DNA of 28,818 bases, taken from positions 1 to 28,818 of IMG/VR virus record IMGVR_UViG_3300025066_000116; one strand, given 5' to 3'. The notes below the pieces were generated by a model. That model was not told the origin of the DNA, ran no database searches, and saw only the letters and a program-made list of their open reading frames with translations. This document shows positions 8,791 to 17,778 of the stretch, one piece after another. Within the stretch, counting starts at the first letter, position 1; each line of letters begins with the position of its first letter. A program made the position numbers and the translations under genes. This DNA comes from a virus (Duplodnaviria; Caudoviricetes).

Positions 8791-9954
8791 TTAAAGATTA
8801 TCCAGTGACTTGAGCAACGTATCGTCCACGTTACTGTGTATTCGGGGGGTACTGCTGCCTCCTCCGAAACTAGTAGATTTCGAACTACCAAGACTTTTGG
8901 TGAAATCGTCTACCTTTTTACTTCTCTTGGTCCGACCAAACACTGATAGGTCAGGGTTATCATCAAACACTCCAAGTGAGATCAGATAATGCAGCTTGAG
9001 ATCAAAAGCTATCGGATCTTTTTCGCGAACCTGTTGTGCAGCATAAACTGGGCCTTGCTCAGTCGATGCTATTGGTCGAGTCATTTGATCAAATAACATT
9101 TTTCTTGTCTTCTCTGGAACTGTCATTCCAGGAAGAATTTCTTCTGTTTTCAGAATTTTCTTTTCAATACTGTTAAGATCATCCTGTAACTTCTGTTTAC
9201 TTGCCTGTGCATTCTGTCGTTCAGTTTCCATGAATCGTTCATTAACAGCCCTTAGATCAACTAAAGCCTGTTTAACATCTTCGATATCATCTCCTAGCTC
9301 AACAGATCGTTTAGCAAGTTTTGTAGCCCTTTCTTGATTCATCCCTGTAGCAACAAATGATTTCTCAATTATCGTTTGGCGGGCCTGTTCTTTCATAGAT
9401 GTCTGCTCATCATCATCCTCATCGGCTGGTAAAAAGCGGGCATCGTCCAGATTATCCAAACGTAATTTTTGATTGTTATATTCTCGAAGAACCTCGGAAG
9501 GTACTCCTTGTCTATAATCCTCAACCATTAATTTAACTTCGGGTGGGAGATCAGCAAATTCATTCTGCTTGATCGTCTCTTGAATGAGACCGACAAGGTC
9601 AGAAGGACCATTAAGTCCTTCCAACTTGTCAGCATCAGTTGTAATAACGCCTTCCTCTTGAAGCACCGAGGCAAACAATTTAAGCGGGTCGGATGGAGAA
9701 GAGAGAGTGCTTGTAGAGGAAGGTTCATCTTCAACTCCTGTCTGCGACTCTTCTGTCTTTACTTCTCCTGTTACTTCACCTGTAGGCGATACTTCTAATT
9801 TTCCTGTATCAATAACTGTATCAGGTTTATCTGTTTCATCTTCTCCTTTCGGAGTACCTTCTGGAATCACTTCACCTGTCGGACCCACCTCTATAAGGGA
9901 GTCGTCACTAAGATTAAATGTACCAAAAAGACTTTCTTCTTTGTTGTTTTCCAT
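8791..9954 (-). CDS. Acidic scaffold-like protein between portal and MCP
   Basis: Very acidic, low-complexity N-terminus and helical C-terminal half; conserved position. Confidence 0.65.
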   Translation of the reverse strand: MENNKEESLFGTFNLSDDSLIEVGPTGEVIPEGTPKGEDETDKPDTVIDTGKLEVSPTGEVTGEVKTEESQTGVEDEPSSTSTLSSPSDPLKLFASVLQEEGVITTDADKLEGLNGPSDLVGLIQETIKQNEFADLPPEVKLMVEDYRQGVPSEVLREYNNQKLRLDNLDDARFLPADEDDDEQTSMKEQARQTIIEKSFVATGMNQERATKLAKRSVELGDDIEDVKQALVDLRAVNERFMETERQNAQASKQKLQDDLNSIEKKILKTEEILPGMTVPEKTRKMLFDQMTRPIASTEQGPVYAAQQVREKDPIAFDLKLHYLISLGVFDDNPDLSVFGRTKRSKKVDDFTKSLGSSKSTSFGGGSSTPRIHSNVDDTLLKSLDNL

Positions 9955-9964
9955 CTCTAACGTA

Positions 9965-9996
9965 CGAAATTAGACAATATAATGTTATTATCCAAG
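9965..9996 (-). promoter_or_regulatory. Bacteroidota-type promoter for the scaffold/MCP operon
   Basis: Minus strand CTTG-N20-TAATTTCG, 10 nt before ATG; near match to TTTG-N19-21-TAnnTTTG. Confidence 0.55.
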
Positions 9997-10043
9997 AAAA
10001 TTCGAAATAATCTTTCAAACTTTTTCAGTTCCCTCATAGCATT

Positions 10044-12476
10044 TTACTTTGCTGTAGGGGACGGTTTCCTGGCTTTCGCGGTCCTCTCTTTAGAGGCTAT
10101 GTCCAATCGATCAATTACTCGATCTTTTTCATTTTCCCGCGCCTCATGTCCTCGATCTAGCTCCTGTTGTCTTTCTTCCAACTCTAGTTTGAGCTTCTCA
10201 AGTCCTTCTGTATCACCTGTAAGAGCTGCTTCCAGCTGCTTAAGGGCGACCTCTTTCTCATATTCCATCAACTTCAATTCCTTTTCATGTAACTGCTTCT
10301 TCTCTTCTAGAATCAGATTGGATTGAAGTTCACGTTCTTGTTCTGTGGCCTTTGCCTGGATAGCTTGTTCCTGCTCCGCAGCTCTTGCCTGTTGTTCCTG
10401 TTGAGCAGCCTGTTGTTGTCTTCTCTGTGCATCCTCCTCAGCAGTCTCTATCTTACGTCTGATCGATGAGATAGATTTATCAGTCATGATAGACATCAAT
10501 TGACTGAAGTTCAACTTATCATTCTGAAGTCCTGCTTGAGCAAGATTCATGAACTGTTGATATATTTCAGAATCAATTCTGTTATTAGATACTGCGATAT
10601 CGAAGTCAAGTTCTCTGAACTCATCCCCATCTATCTCAAATATCTCTACAGACATATCATCCAATACATGTTGTACTTTCTTCTTATCTCCTCTATAAGC
10701 ATATTTAGAAGCCTCTAACAATGCTGTCAGTGCTCTCTTTTTAATATCCTCATGAATGGAGAAATACATTTCAGTAATATGAGAGGACTGTGTTACAGCT
10801 CTATCAACATTACCTACAAGCTCTCTTTGTTCAATAGCTCCCTCTCTTTGCTTCGATACACCAGATATCTCACCCATCTCATTCTTCAAGAAGTTGAGCA
10901 TGGCGATATTCTGCTGGATATAACCAGACATATCAAAGTTCATAGGTGATTGTCTAGAAGGTAGATTACCAGCCATCTTACCTGTGGCAGCACCTTTATC
11001 TCCCTCCTTAAAAGAATCCTCTACCATCCAGCCCATACGTTCTGCATAATAAAGTACATCCTCAAACTCCCAACCATCAGGAGTTCTTGCAAGGTCAATG
11101 GATCCTATCACCCCTTTATATTTAGCAAATGCCTCCTGCGTTTTCCACATGAAGGCATTATATAAATATTGATAAGGTTTCATACGTCCCATCAAAGAGA
11201 CCACCTGCTGATCATTTACAGCATAGGCAGTACCTACATAAGGACATTGTGAAATAGATGGATTGGTCATAGAAAAGGCCTTAACTGGGAAGCTTTGCAT
11301 CTTCACATATATCTCCTTACCTATCCGTGTACCTTCCCACCAGTCAGTTACCCAGTACCAATCGATCTCCTCACCAAGAGAAGTATCAGCCTCTCTAAGC
11401 TCTGAGACCAGCTCATATTGTGGTAATCCTGTCTGTGGATCATAGTACTTTAACTTTCCTACCTTTTGAAAAGATCGCCAAGCTACCCGTGTTACGAGCA
11501 TTGAACCATCTTCACTGTAGTCTGGTAAGTAGAAACTATTCTCTGTCAACTCTGTGTCAGCTATGAATTTTCCGTCTCCAGCATCTACCAGATGAATTCC
11601 TGATGGAAGGTCATCTTCCTTATGTCCTATATTAATACCCTCTTTATTGGAATACTCCTCACCTTTGGTCTTACCCTGCTCGATCAATTTGACCTGCGTG
11701 GGAGTAAGATGATCATGAAACATATCAATGACCTTACCAGGGGAATAGTAGGCATACTCCAGAATAATATCAGAATCTTCGATATTGTGTGTTTCAGATG
11801 AGCGGATAACCTTTATATTAGTAGGGTTACATTTCCTCATCACTGGCTCACCAGCCACTACATCAACTGCATATATCTCAACACCAGTAAGTAATGCATC
11901 TAAGAACCCAGCATTGAATTTCCTATCAACACCCTCCTGTTCCTTAATGTGTTCCAGTAGAAAGGTAGCTCTACGCTCTCTCATATCCTGGTACTCATAC
12001 TTTCTCCATTTGTCCAGTTCCTGCAGTTTCTGTTCTATATCCTGCTGAGACTGCCCCTCACCTTGAATGATCTGCTGCATTGCCTGTGTATATACCTTCT
12101 TTATCTCTTTCTCCTTATCAGAGATGGCATCGTCATTGATAACCCTCACCCTTAGGTCAGAGCGTCTCTTGGCCTCCTCTCCTACAAGGAGATTGATCTT
12201 AGGTGCAGCGATCGGATAGTTTCTAGGTTCAATTGGAAATGAATCATCTCCTAATGAAAATGGATCACAGAATTCCATCATCTCCTTCTTATCAACATGA
12301 TTATTATACATATTGATATTGGTGCGCATCTCCTTCAGAGTTGTCTTGAATTCACCTGCAGAGAATGCGTGGTCAATAGCTGACTCTACACATTTCTCTC
12401 TCCATTTTTTGTTCTTGGCAGCTAATGATTTCTTCTGTGAAGGAAACCCGCTTAAGCCTGATTCAGTTAGTCCCAT
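10044..12476 (-). CDS. Portal protein
   Basis: 810 aa; FPSQK, NYPI..PKINLL.GEE, WEGTRIG, KPYQYLYN, GVSKQREG and a long C-terminal coiled coil; directly after TerL. Confidence 0.9.
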   Translation of the reverse strand: MGLTESGLSGFPSQKKSLAAKNKKWREKCVESAIDHAFSAGEFKTTLKEMRTNINMYNNHVDKKEMMEFCDPFSLGDDSFPIEPRNYPIAAPKINLLVGEEAKRRSDLRVRVINDDAISDKEKEIKKVYTQAMQQIIQGEGQSQQDIEQKLQELDKWRKYEYQDMRERRATFLLEHIKEQEGVDRKFNAGFLDALLTGVEIYAVDVVAGEPVMRKCNPTNIKVIRSSETHNIEDSDIILEYAYYSPGKVIDMFHDHLTPTQVKLIEQGKTKGEEYSNKEGINIGHKEDDLPSGIHLVDAGDGKFIADTELTENSFYLPDYSEDGSMLVTRVAWRSFQKVGKLKYYDPQTGLPQYELVSELREADTSLGEEIDWYWVTDWWEGTRIGKEIYVKMQSFPVKAFSMTNPSISQCPYVGTAYAVNDQQVVSLMGRMKPYQYLYNAFMWKTQEAFAKYKGVIGSIDLARTPDGWEFEDVLYYAERMGWMVEDSFKEGDKGAATGKMAGNLPSRQSPMNFDMSGYIQQNIAMLNFLKNEMGEISGVSKQREGAIEQRELVGNVDRAVTQSSHITEMYFSIHEDIKKRALTALLEASKYAYRGDKKKVQHVLDDMSVEIFEIDGDEFRELDFDIAVSNNRIDSEIYQQFMNLAQAGLQNDKLNFSQLMSIMTDKSISSIRRKIETAEEDAQRRQQQAAQQEQQARAAEQEQAIQAKATEQERELQSNLILEEKKQLHEKELKLMEYEKEVALKQLEAALTGDTEGLEKLKLELEERQQELDRGHEARENEKDRVIDRLDIASKERTAKARKPSPTAK

Positions 12477-12480
12477 TTAA

Positions 12481-12513
12481 CAAATATAACATTATTTATT
12501 CCTTAAGTGCAAA
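12481..12513 (-). promoter_or_regulatory. Bacteroidota sigma-A type promoter for portal
   Basis: Minus strand TTTG-N21-TATATTTG, 4 nt before the portal ATG. Confidence 0.7.
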
Positions 12514-14681
12514 GGAATGAAAGGTTTTTTCTCACTTTTCTCTTTACGTAGATAGCGGTTTCCTCTAACGGATGGTCGGCTATCAAAGAACTTTGGATAG
12601 GTTTTAGCTTCTCGTTCTACCCTCACTCTGTGCATGTCCTCTCTAAGGATCAATACCATTCCCAGTGCAGATATCCTATCATAGTTCCCCTCATCTGGTC
12701 TGAAGTCGATCAGCTCTTGGACCATAGCTATGTTCCACAGATGATGTAAGGTCATCTTGTCCTCTCCTCCTTCGCCATAATAATCTGACAGGAGCCATGA
12801 CTTGATAAGGGAATTTCTCCAGTTATTGACCTCTTTAGTAGTATGTGTACCCTTTGCAGTGTTTCCGAAGGTTGCTCCTTTGACGATCTGCATATCCTTC
12901 AATATCTGAGGAGTATCGGTCAATAGATACAAAGCATTCTTCTTATCAAAATAAGAGAACATGCCCTTCTTATTATTCTCATAATTACACCTGGCATTAT
13001 AATACTTCAACATCCTATACACTACCTCATAGAATTTCTCAGCAGTAGCTGGTCTACCAGTATATTCTGCCACTATACGTCCAGTCAACCTATTCATTAT
13101 AACACATGAACCAAGTGAATTGGTAGTAGACATATCATCATCATAGGGGTCAACCCCTGCTATATAGATACCATAAGGTACATCTATACCATGATTTATA
13201 GGATGTTCCCGTATCTCTACACACCCCACCAATCCATAGTTCTCTCGGATCGGAAACTGCTTGACAGGAGGATGTTCAGCCAATCTGGTCTCAATACGTC
13301 CCTCCTTATTAATAAGCTCTACCCTGAACAGGGCATCATCGAATCTAGCTGGCTTAGTAAGTATCTCACTCTTCTGTACCTTCAGATCCTCTACTGGAAA
13401 GATAGAACCCTCTCTCTTCATTACTGCTTCCTCAGGAGTGATGGATCTATCCGCCTTCTCCTGTATCATTGCATTGGGATCAGTGGTATTTCTCCTCACC
13501 TTGTCCCTCTCTATCAGTAACTCTTTGAGTGCACCTATAACATCTGAATTACCATTCTCATCATAGTATCCCTTCCTATTAAAGTACTCTCCACAATACC
13601 ATCCACAATTGGATGTGGTCTTATCTCCTCTATCAAACACATTCTTTATACCATACACCCTATAACCTTCTGGCTGTTCAAACAATGTTCTGATACCATC
13701 AAAGTCAGCCCCCTCAGTACCACCTGTACCGAATGCTACCATAGTACCGAATGTATAGTTACCATCCTCCATGGACGGTCGTGCAATGGCCCAGGCCGTA
13801 AGTAGGTTAGGGAATTTACCAGATTCCTCAAACATGATTATCTTTCCCCTTTTCCCTCTGGCCCTCTCGGGTTGATTCTTCAGGGTTATCCCTATGATCT
13901 CAGACTTGTATCCTTTTACGATCTTAGTGTTGGGATCCTTATACGAAGCTTTTCTGTGATGAGATGTATCCTTCTCCTCCCTAGCCTTCTTCCACGGTGT
14001 GTGTTCATCAACAAAATCCATAATATCCCAGGTCTTATCCAGAATCGCATCACCTCGTAGGTAGGAATCCTCCGAAGCAATAGCATAACTCTTAGACTCT
14101 GAGATCATAAAGAAGTTCCTTGATAGTACAGCAGCACCCTTAAAAGAGTACCCTCTACCTCTGGTCTTCAATACAGAGCAATGTAGACCACGCTGCTCTG
14201 CTTGTTCTATATAATGAAAATATAAATAATCACTATCCCAAAAATGAGGAAATTCACGCTTACGTTCCGCTCTCTTCAGATTGGAATCCTCGTGTGATTC
14301 GATCTCCACATTCACAAGAATAGTGCAGTAATTCAAATACCAATAAAAATAACCTGATACCCACTCTCCATCAGAAGGTCTCACATACCCCTCGGTACAC
14401 CTTCTCATCTCTTCCTTCCAGAACTTCATATAATCTGAGCTCTCCTGTGGGTTAGGATAAAGAAACGTATAGCAATCATGCTTCTGAAAATGCAATGCTG
14501 CTTCCCTAAAATAATCAATATCCTCCAATATATGAGGCCGAGTGATATCTACTATCACCCGACCCTTACTGTCTCTTTCCAGTTCTTTGGCCCTTGGTCT
14601 ATCCAGCTTTGTCAGATAATCCAGTATAGGAATATCCAAGATGGTCTGATCAATTTCCTGTTGTAACTTCTTCTCGTCCAT
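12492..14681 (-). CDS. terL: Terminase large subunit
   Basis: Walker A-like LKTRGRGYS, Walker B IMFEESG, FGTGG coupling motif, nuclease IAGVDPYD and GNYDRISA. Confidence 0.95.
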   Translation of the reverse strand: MDEKKLQQEIDQTILDIPILDYLTKLDRPRAKELERDSKGRVIVDITRPHILEDIDYFREAALHFQKHDCYTFLYPNPQESSDYMKFWKEEMRRCTEGYVRPSDGEWVSGYFYWYLNYCTILVNVEIESHEDSNLKRAERKREFPHFWDSDYLYFHYIEQAEQRGLHCSVLKTRGRGYSFKGAAVLSRNFFMISESKSYAIASEDSYLRGDAILDKTWDIMDFVDEHTPWKKAREEKDTSHHRKASYKDPNTKIVKGYKSEIIGITLKNQPERARGKRGKIIMFEESGKFPNLLTAWAIARPSMEDGNYTFGTMVAFGTGGTEGADFDGIRTLFEQPEGYRVYGIKNVFDRGDKTTSNCGWYCGEYFNRKGYYDENGNSDVIGALKELLIERDKVRRNTTDPNAMIQEKADRSITPEEAVMKREGSIFPVEDLKVQKSEILTKPARFDDALFRVELINKEGRIETRLAEHPPVKQFPIRENYGLVGCVEIREHPINHGIDVPYGIYIAGVDPYDDDMSTTNSLGSCVIMNRLTGRIVAEYTGRPATAEKFYEVVYRMLKYYNARCNYENNKKGMFSYFDKKNALYLLTDTPQILKDMQIVKGATFGNTAKGTHTTKEVNNWRNSLIKSWLLSDYYGEGGEDKMTLHHLWNIAMVQELIDFRPDEGNYDRISALGMVLILREDMHRVRVEREAKTYPKFFDSRPSVRGNRYLRKEKSEKKPFIPLHLRNK

Positions 14682-14928
14682 GAAGTCTTATACCAATTCC
14701 ATTCGGTCCAATAAGTTCATACTCTCCTGTCTTTGGAGCTGAAAAAGTATACGTATAATAATTCATATCCTTCATCACCTCTTTTCTCTCCTGTGTTGAC
14801 AACTCTATATTAACCTCTTTATCACCGATATGATTCAAGATCTTAACTGCCAGGCTGTTCAGCCCCAGGTATTCAAATTCTTCTCCTCCGTTAATCTGCA
14901 TCTTCAAAAAATCCTTTTTGACGTCCAC
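14650..14928 (-). CDS. Hypothetical protein
   Basis: Fills the gap between the putative TerS and TerL; start uncertain. Confidence 0.55.
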   Translation of the reverse strand: MDVKKDFLKMQINGGEEFEYLGLNSLAVKILNHIGDKEVNIELSTQERKEVMKDMNYYTYTFSAPKTGEYELIGPNGIGIRLHGREEVTTGN

Positions 14929-15430
14929 CTCTCAAAGACCCCTCATCGGCAAGCTCTTTCCTAACCTCCTCTTCCAGCTTCTTCATAGAAGCAACCAGTT
15001 GAGGAAGTGCTGCGATAACACCCTTTACCTTGGCGACATCATTAATATACTTACCATTGACATCCCGCTCATTATACTCAATAGACTTGAGAAACTTAGC
15101 GAGATCATCTAAATTGTCCCATGCTCCCTCCAATAGGGCCATAGAACGTGTTCTCTGTAGATCCCTATAGACATCTCTAGCAGCCCTTACTCTTTTATCT
15201 GCCGTCCACTCCTTGCCTCCAAAGATCGATCTAATTACCTTTTCCTCCCTCTCACTCTTATGCTCCTGCATATATGGAGAGCGAAGATCTTCCATGAAAT
15301 AAACATAGCTCATCTCCTGAAAGGCCTTCTCCTTAGAGCGGTTCTTTCCCCAGATAGCTTTGAATTCTTTAATAGCCAGTGCCTCTGGAGTCCAAACAAC
15401 TGCACCATCTTCCATGCGAAATAACTCCAT
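14891..15430 (-). CDS. Conserved protein upstream of TerL, putative terminase small subunit
   Basis: 179 aa, helical (EAL.IKEFKAIW...A.QEMSYVYF..D.RSPY); position suggests TerS (inference). Confidence 0.5.
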   Translation of the reverse strand: MELFRMEDGAVVWTPEALAIKEFKAIWGKNRSKEKAFQEMSYVYFMEDLRSPYMQEHKSEREEKVIRSIFGGKEWTADKRVRAARDVYRDLQRTRSMALLEGAWDNLDDLAKFLKSIEYNERDVNGKYINDVAKVKGVIAALPQLVASMKKLEEEVRKELADEGSLRGGRQKGFFEDAD

Positions 15431-15870
15431 TAGCTAGGTAGTTCTGCCTTACTAGGATCAATTGTCTTAACCTTCACACTCTTATTAAAAGCTTCCTTGG
15501 CCTTCTCTGCCATATCACCTATATGCATGGTGAGGTCTCTTTCGATCTTCTTATTGAACTCCCTGGACAGTGTCGTCTGGATCTGATCTACAGAAGGATA
15601 TTCCGCATATGAACCAGAGAAATCATACTCCTTCAAAAGAAAGTATATCTCATCATCCAATCCAAGAATAGGGGAAGGCACAATACCTGCCACCATCAAT
15701 CCTACATCTCCTGCCTCATATCCCTTAACAGAATCAGCAACCTCTACGATCTTAACATAAGGATTGTACATTGCCTCTCCTAAACTAATACCACCCTTGG
15801 TGGTCGTGATCAATTCCATCTTACAAAGAATATTTCCATTCTTAGGTGTAAATCCACTCTTATTTTTCAT
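15430..15870 (-). CDS. groES: GroES/Cpn10-like co-chaperonin with C-terminal extension
   Basis: FTPKNGNILCK...TTKGGISLG (mobile loop)...IVEVADSV...AGD...YFLLKEYDF follows the Cpn10 pattern. Confidence 0.65.
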   Translation of the reverse strand: MKNKSGFTPKNGNILCKMELITTTKGGISLGEAMYNPYVKIVEVADSVKGYEAGDVGLMVAGIVPSPILGLDDEIYFLLKEYDFSGSYAEYPSVDQIQTTLSREFNKKIERDLTMHIGDMAEKAKEAFNKSVKVKTIDPSKAELPS

Positions 15871-16078
15871 TTTTCAAATAACTAATTCCACGTGTAATAC
15901 CATACCTGTACGGATCCCATACAAGTCTCCCTTTCTTATAATGCTTGATCTCCTGCTTCATATAGGCCCTTCGAAATCTATATTCTTCAAAGGTCTCACC
16001 ATCCAATCGATGGTTTGCAAAGCTAAGAGCTACAGGCATTATTCTGTCCTCCTCGACAGCATGTTCCATATATTCCAT
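15860..16078 (-). CDS. Hypothetical protein
   Basis: Abutting ORF; R-x2-GETFEEY-x2-RR motif. Confidence 0.6.
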   Translation of the reverse strand: MEYMEHAVEEDRIMPVALSFANHRLDGETFEEYRFRRAYMKQEIKHYKKGRLVWDPYRYGITRGISYLKNEK

Positions 16079-16281
16079 TAAAACATCGGTTTATCGGTCG
16101 ATAACTCAATACCAGCATGTTGCACAGTATTCATATTCTCCCATCTGACCAGATACTCACAGTCCCCGTCCCCTGGAACTATTATCGCCAGAACCATCCC
16201 CCTCTCGGGATCTCCCTGCGACATTCTCAAGAACACCAGGTCTCCCACCTGATAATCTACCTCTAATGTTAGCCTCTTCAT
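16078..16281 (-). CDS. Small SH3/KOW-like beta protein
   Basis: YQVGDLVFL...GMV...YLVRW pattern. Confidence 0.6.
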   Translation of the reverse strand: MKRLTLEVDYQVGDLVFLRMSQGDPERGMVLAIIVPGDGDCEYLVRWENMNTVQHAGIELSTDKPMF

Positions 16282-16372
16282 TTGCTATTAAATAATCAAT
16301 AATATCATCTACTCCCATAATGATATCCTCTGGCTCCAATTCGTTTTCCCAAACATTCAATGTTAACCACAT
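16157..16372 (-). CDS. Hypothetical protein whose tail overlaps the next gene
   Basis: ATG 1 nt after the upstream stop; acidic N-terminal half. Confidence 0.45.
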   Translation of the reverse strand: MWLTLNVWENELEPEDIIMGVDDIIDYLIANEEANIRGRLSGGRPGVLENVAGRSREGDGSGDNSSRGRGL

Positions 16373-16373
16373 A

Positions 16374-16586
16374 TCACCATTTCTTTAAAGGACATTCACT
16401 TCCCATACTTCTTGTCTTAGCAGCAAGTGGACATCCACATTCATTACATTTTAAAACTCCTACCTTAACTCTAGCAGATGGGCAGTCAGAACATATCTTT
16501 GCTCTCCTTTTTGCCTCAATCTCTACCAGAGGGTCCTTCTTTATCAGGTTCTTCCACCCGCTTAATATTTCTTCTAACTTTCCCAT
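16374..16586 (-). CDS. Cys-rich Zn-binding protein (DUF6171-like)
   Basis: R..IC..CP...C..CGC....K......CP..KW. Confidence 0.7.
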   Translation of the reverse strand: MGKLEEILSGWKNLIKKDPLVEIEAKRRAKICSDCPSARVKVGVLKCNECGCPLAAKTRSMGSECPLKKW

Positions 16587-16773
16587 TGCATGGTTTAAAT
16601 CTTCCTATTCCCTTAACATAGACCTCTCCCATAGTTACTGGATCATTACGATCTCCCTTCGATATGGTCAATCTCACCAATTCCCATTGCCTCTGCCATA
16701 TCCTCTTAACTATCTTATACGGAACTCCTGTCCTCAAAGAAACGTCCTTCAATATCAACTCCGTCTCCGTCAT
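16516..16773 (-). CDS. IHF/HU-like DNA-binding protein
   Basis: Two N-terminal helices then VYVKGIGRF, matching the HU/IHF V-x-I-x-G-F-G-x-F strand; IHF-like genes are known in crAss-like phages. Confidence 0.7.
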   Translation of the reverse strand: MTETELILKDVSLRTGVPYKIVKRIWQRQWELVRLTISKGDRNDPVTMGEVYVKGIGRFKPCNGKVRRNIKRVEEPDKEGPSGRD

Positions 16774-16957
16774 TTATACTTACACTAATATGTAACCTTA
16801 ATTTCTTCTTATTGAGCTTGATCTTCCAAGTAGTATCAGGAAACTCCTCCTGATACGTCTCCAGTGCCAATCTCATCATACTCTTTAACGCTATCAGCTC
16901 CTCCATTGAGGTTCTCTGAAACGAGTACTCCAGTACTTTTCTTGAGTCTAAATTCAA
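16715..16957 (-). CDS. Hypothetical protein (start uncertain)
   Basis: In the operon chain; internal Met alternatives exist. Confidence 0.5.
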   Translation of the reverse strand: MNLDSRKVLEYSFQRTSMEELIALKSMMRLALETYQEEFPDTTWKIKLNKKKLRLHISVSINDGDGVDIEGRFFEDRSSV

Positions 16958-17312
16958 AACTTACCTTATTTACTGCCGAAGGATAAATAACAAAAGCCTT
17001 CGACAAAGTGTTCCCTTTAATTATATGTACCTTCCTCAGTACACTCAAAGAATTATTAAAACTAGCTTCTGTTACACCAGCTCGCTCTCTTATCTCCTTC
17101 CTAATAGAAGAAGAAAACAACAATTCCCATTTCTTAGGATCTTCCTTCTCCTTAAAAGAACCACTTAACTCTTCATTCATACGCATAAACTCCGCAAGAA
17201 TATTACAATCCTTATTCGAAAGTCTATTAAGAGGCGGTAGATTCTTCAACAACTCTATATACTGTCGATAAAATCTTTCCCTCTCCGTATCTATCTTAAC
17301 CGTTTGCCTCAT
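16836..17312 (-). CDS. Winged-HTH-like DNA-binding protein
   Basis: RKEIRERAGVTEASFNNSLSVLRKVHII resembles an HTH plus wing. ATG at 17312 preferred because it lies just after a promoter. Confidence 0.65.
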   Translation of the reverse strand: MRQTVKIDTERERFYRQYIELLKNLPPLNRLSNKDCNILAEFMRMNEELSGSFKEKEDPKKWELLFSSSIRKEIRERAGVTEASFNNSLSVLRKVHIIKGNTLSKAFVIYPSAVNKVSFEFRLKKSTGVLVSENLNGGADSVKEYDEIGTGDVSGGVS

Positions 17313-17316
17313 ACAT

Positions 17317-17348
17317 CTAATATACAAAAAAAAATTGAATTATCCAAA
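17317..17348 (-). promoter_or_regulatory. Bacteroidota-type promoter
   Basis: Minus strand TTTG-N20-TATATTAG, 4 nt before ATG 17312. Confidence 0.6.
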
Positions 17349-17349
17349 T

Positions 17350-17475
17350 TTACTTTTTATACACTATTATAATAGATGCACATATACTACAATTACCCTT
17401 AAACACCTTCCAAGAAATCTCTCTGAGGTTCTTTAACGCAACTGTCGTTGAGCACCTATTACAATAGCTTACCAT
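17350..17475 (-). CDS. 41-aa zinc-ribbon protein (DUF5679-like)
   Basis: Hand translation MVSYCNRCSTTVALKNLREISWKVFKGNCSICASIIIVYKK; YCxxC...KGxCxxC; ATG directly follows the upstream TAG. Confidence 0.65.
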   Translation of the reverse strand: MVSYCNRCSTTVALKNLREISWKVFKGNCSICASIIIVYKK

Positions 17476-17550
17476 CTATTTACAACTACACTGTACACAG
17501 GTACATGTACAGTCTGCTGCACATACACACATCTCTTTACATTCACACAT
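17476..17550 (-). CDS. 24-aa metallothionein-like Cys-rich peptide
   Basis: Hand translation MCECKEMCVCAADCTCTCVQCSCK (9 Cys, mostly CxC); preceded by TTAAAAGAGGAAACA. Confidence 0.6.
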   Translation of the reverse strand: MCECKEMCVCAADCTCTCVQCSCK

Positions 17551-17625
17551 TGTTTCCTCTTTTAATTATTAACTATTAATCCTTAATCATTAATCTTCTA
17601 AAGCCCCTTCCCCCTAGCTTTTTTG

Positions 17626-17765
17626 GAGTCACCTGAAAAAACACTCGATTATTGCGAGTCAAAAAATCTAACCATAACCCTTTATAGATTTTTTGAGTTC
17701 AACTATCTGATCCAACAAGTGTCTCTTGAAGTGTAAGATTTCTTTCTTTATCGTCAGGTGATCTC
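17626..17765 (-). promoter_or_regulatory. Structured 5' leader or ncRNA
   Basis: Closing stem GAG(A)TCACCTGA/TCAGGTGACTC; perfect 12-bp inverted repeat 17659-17670/17685-17696; ACTCG/CGAGT hairpin. Confidence 0.5.
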
Positions 17766-17778
17766 TAACTGACCAGTA

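Noticed and set aside
733-17271. Plus-strand ORFs opposite the structural genes (e.g. 2376-2831, 9982-10326, 16360-16788)
   Set aside because: Antisense shadows of well-supported minus-strand genes with Ser/Leu/Phe-biased, non-protein-like composition.
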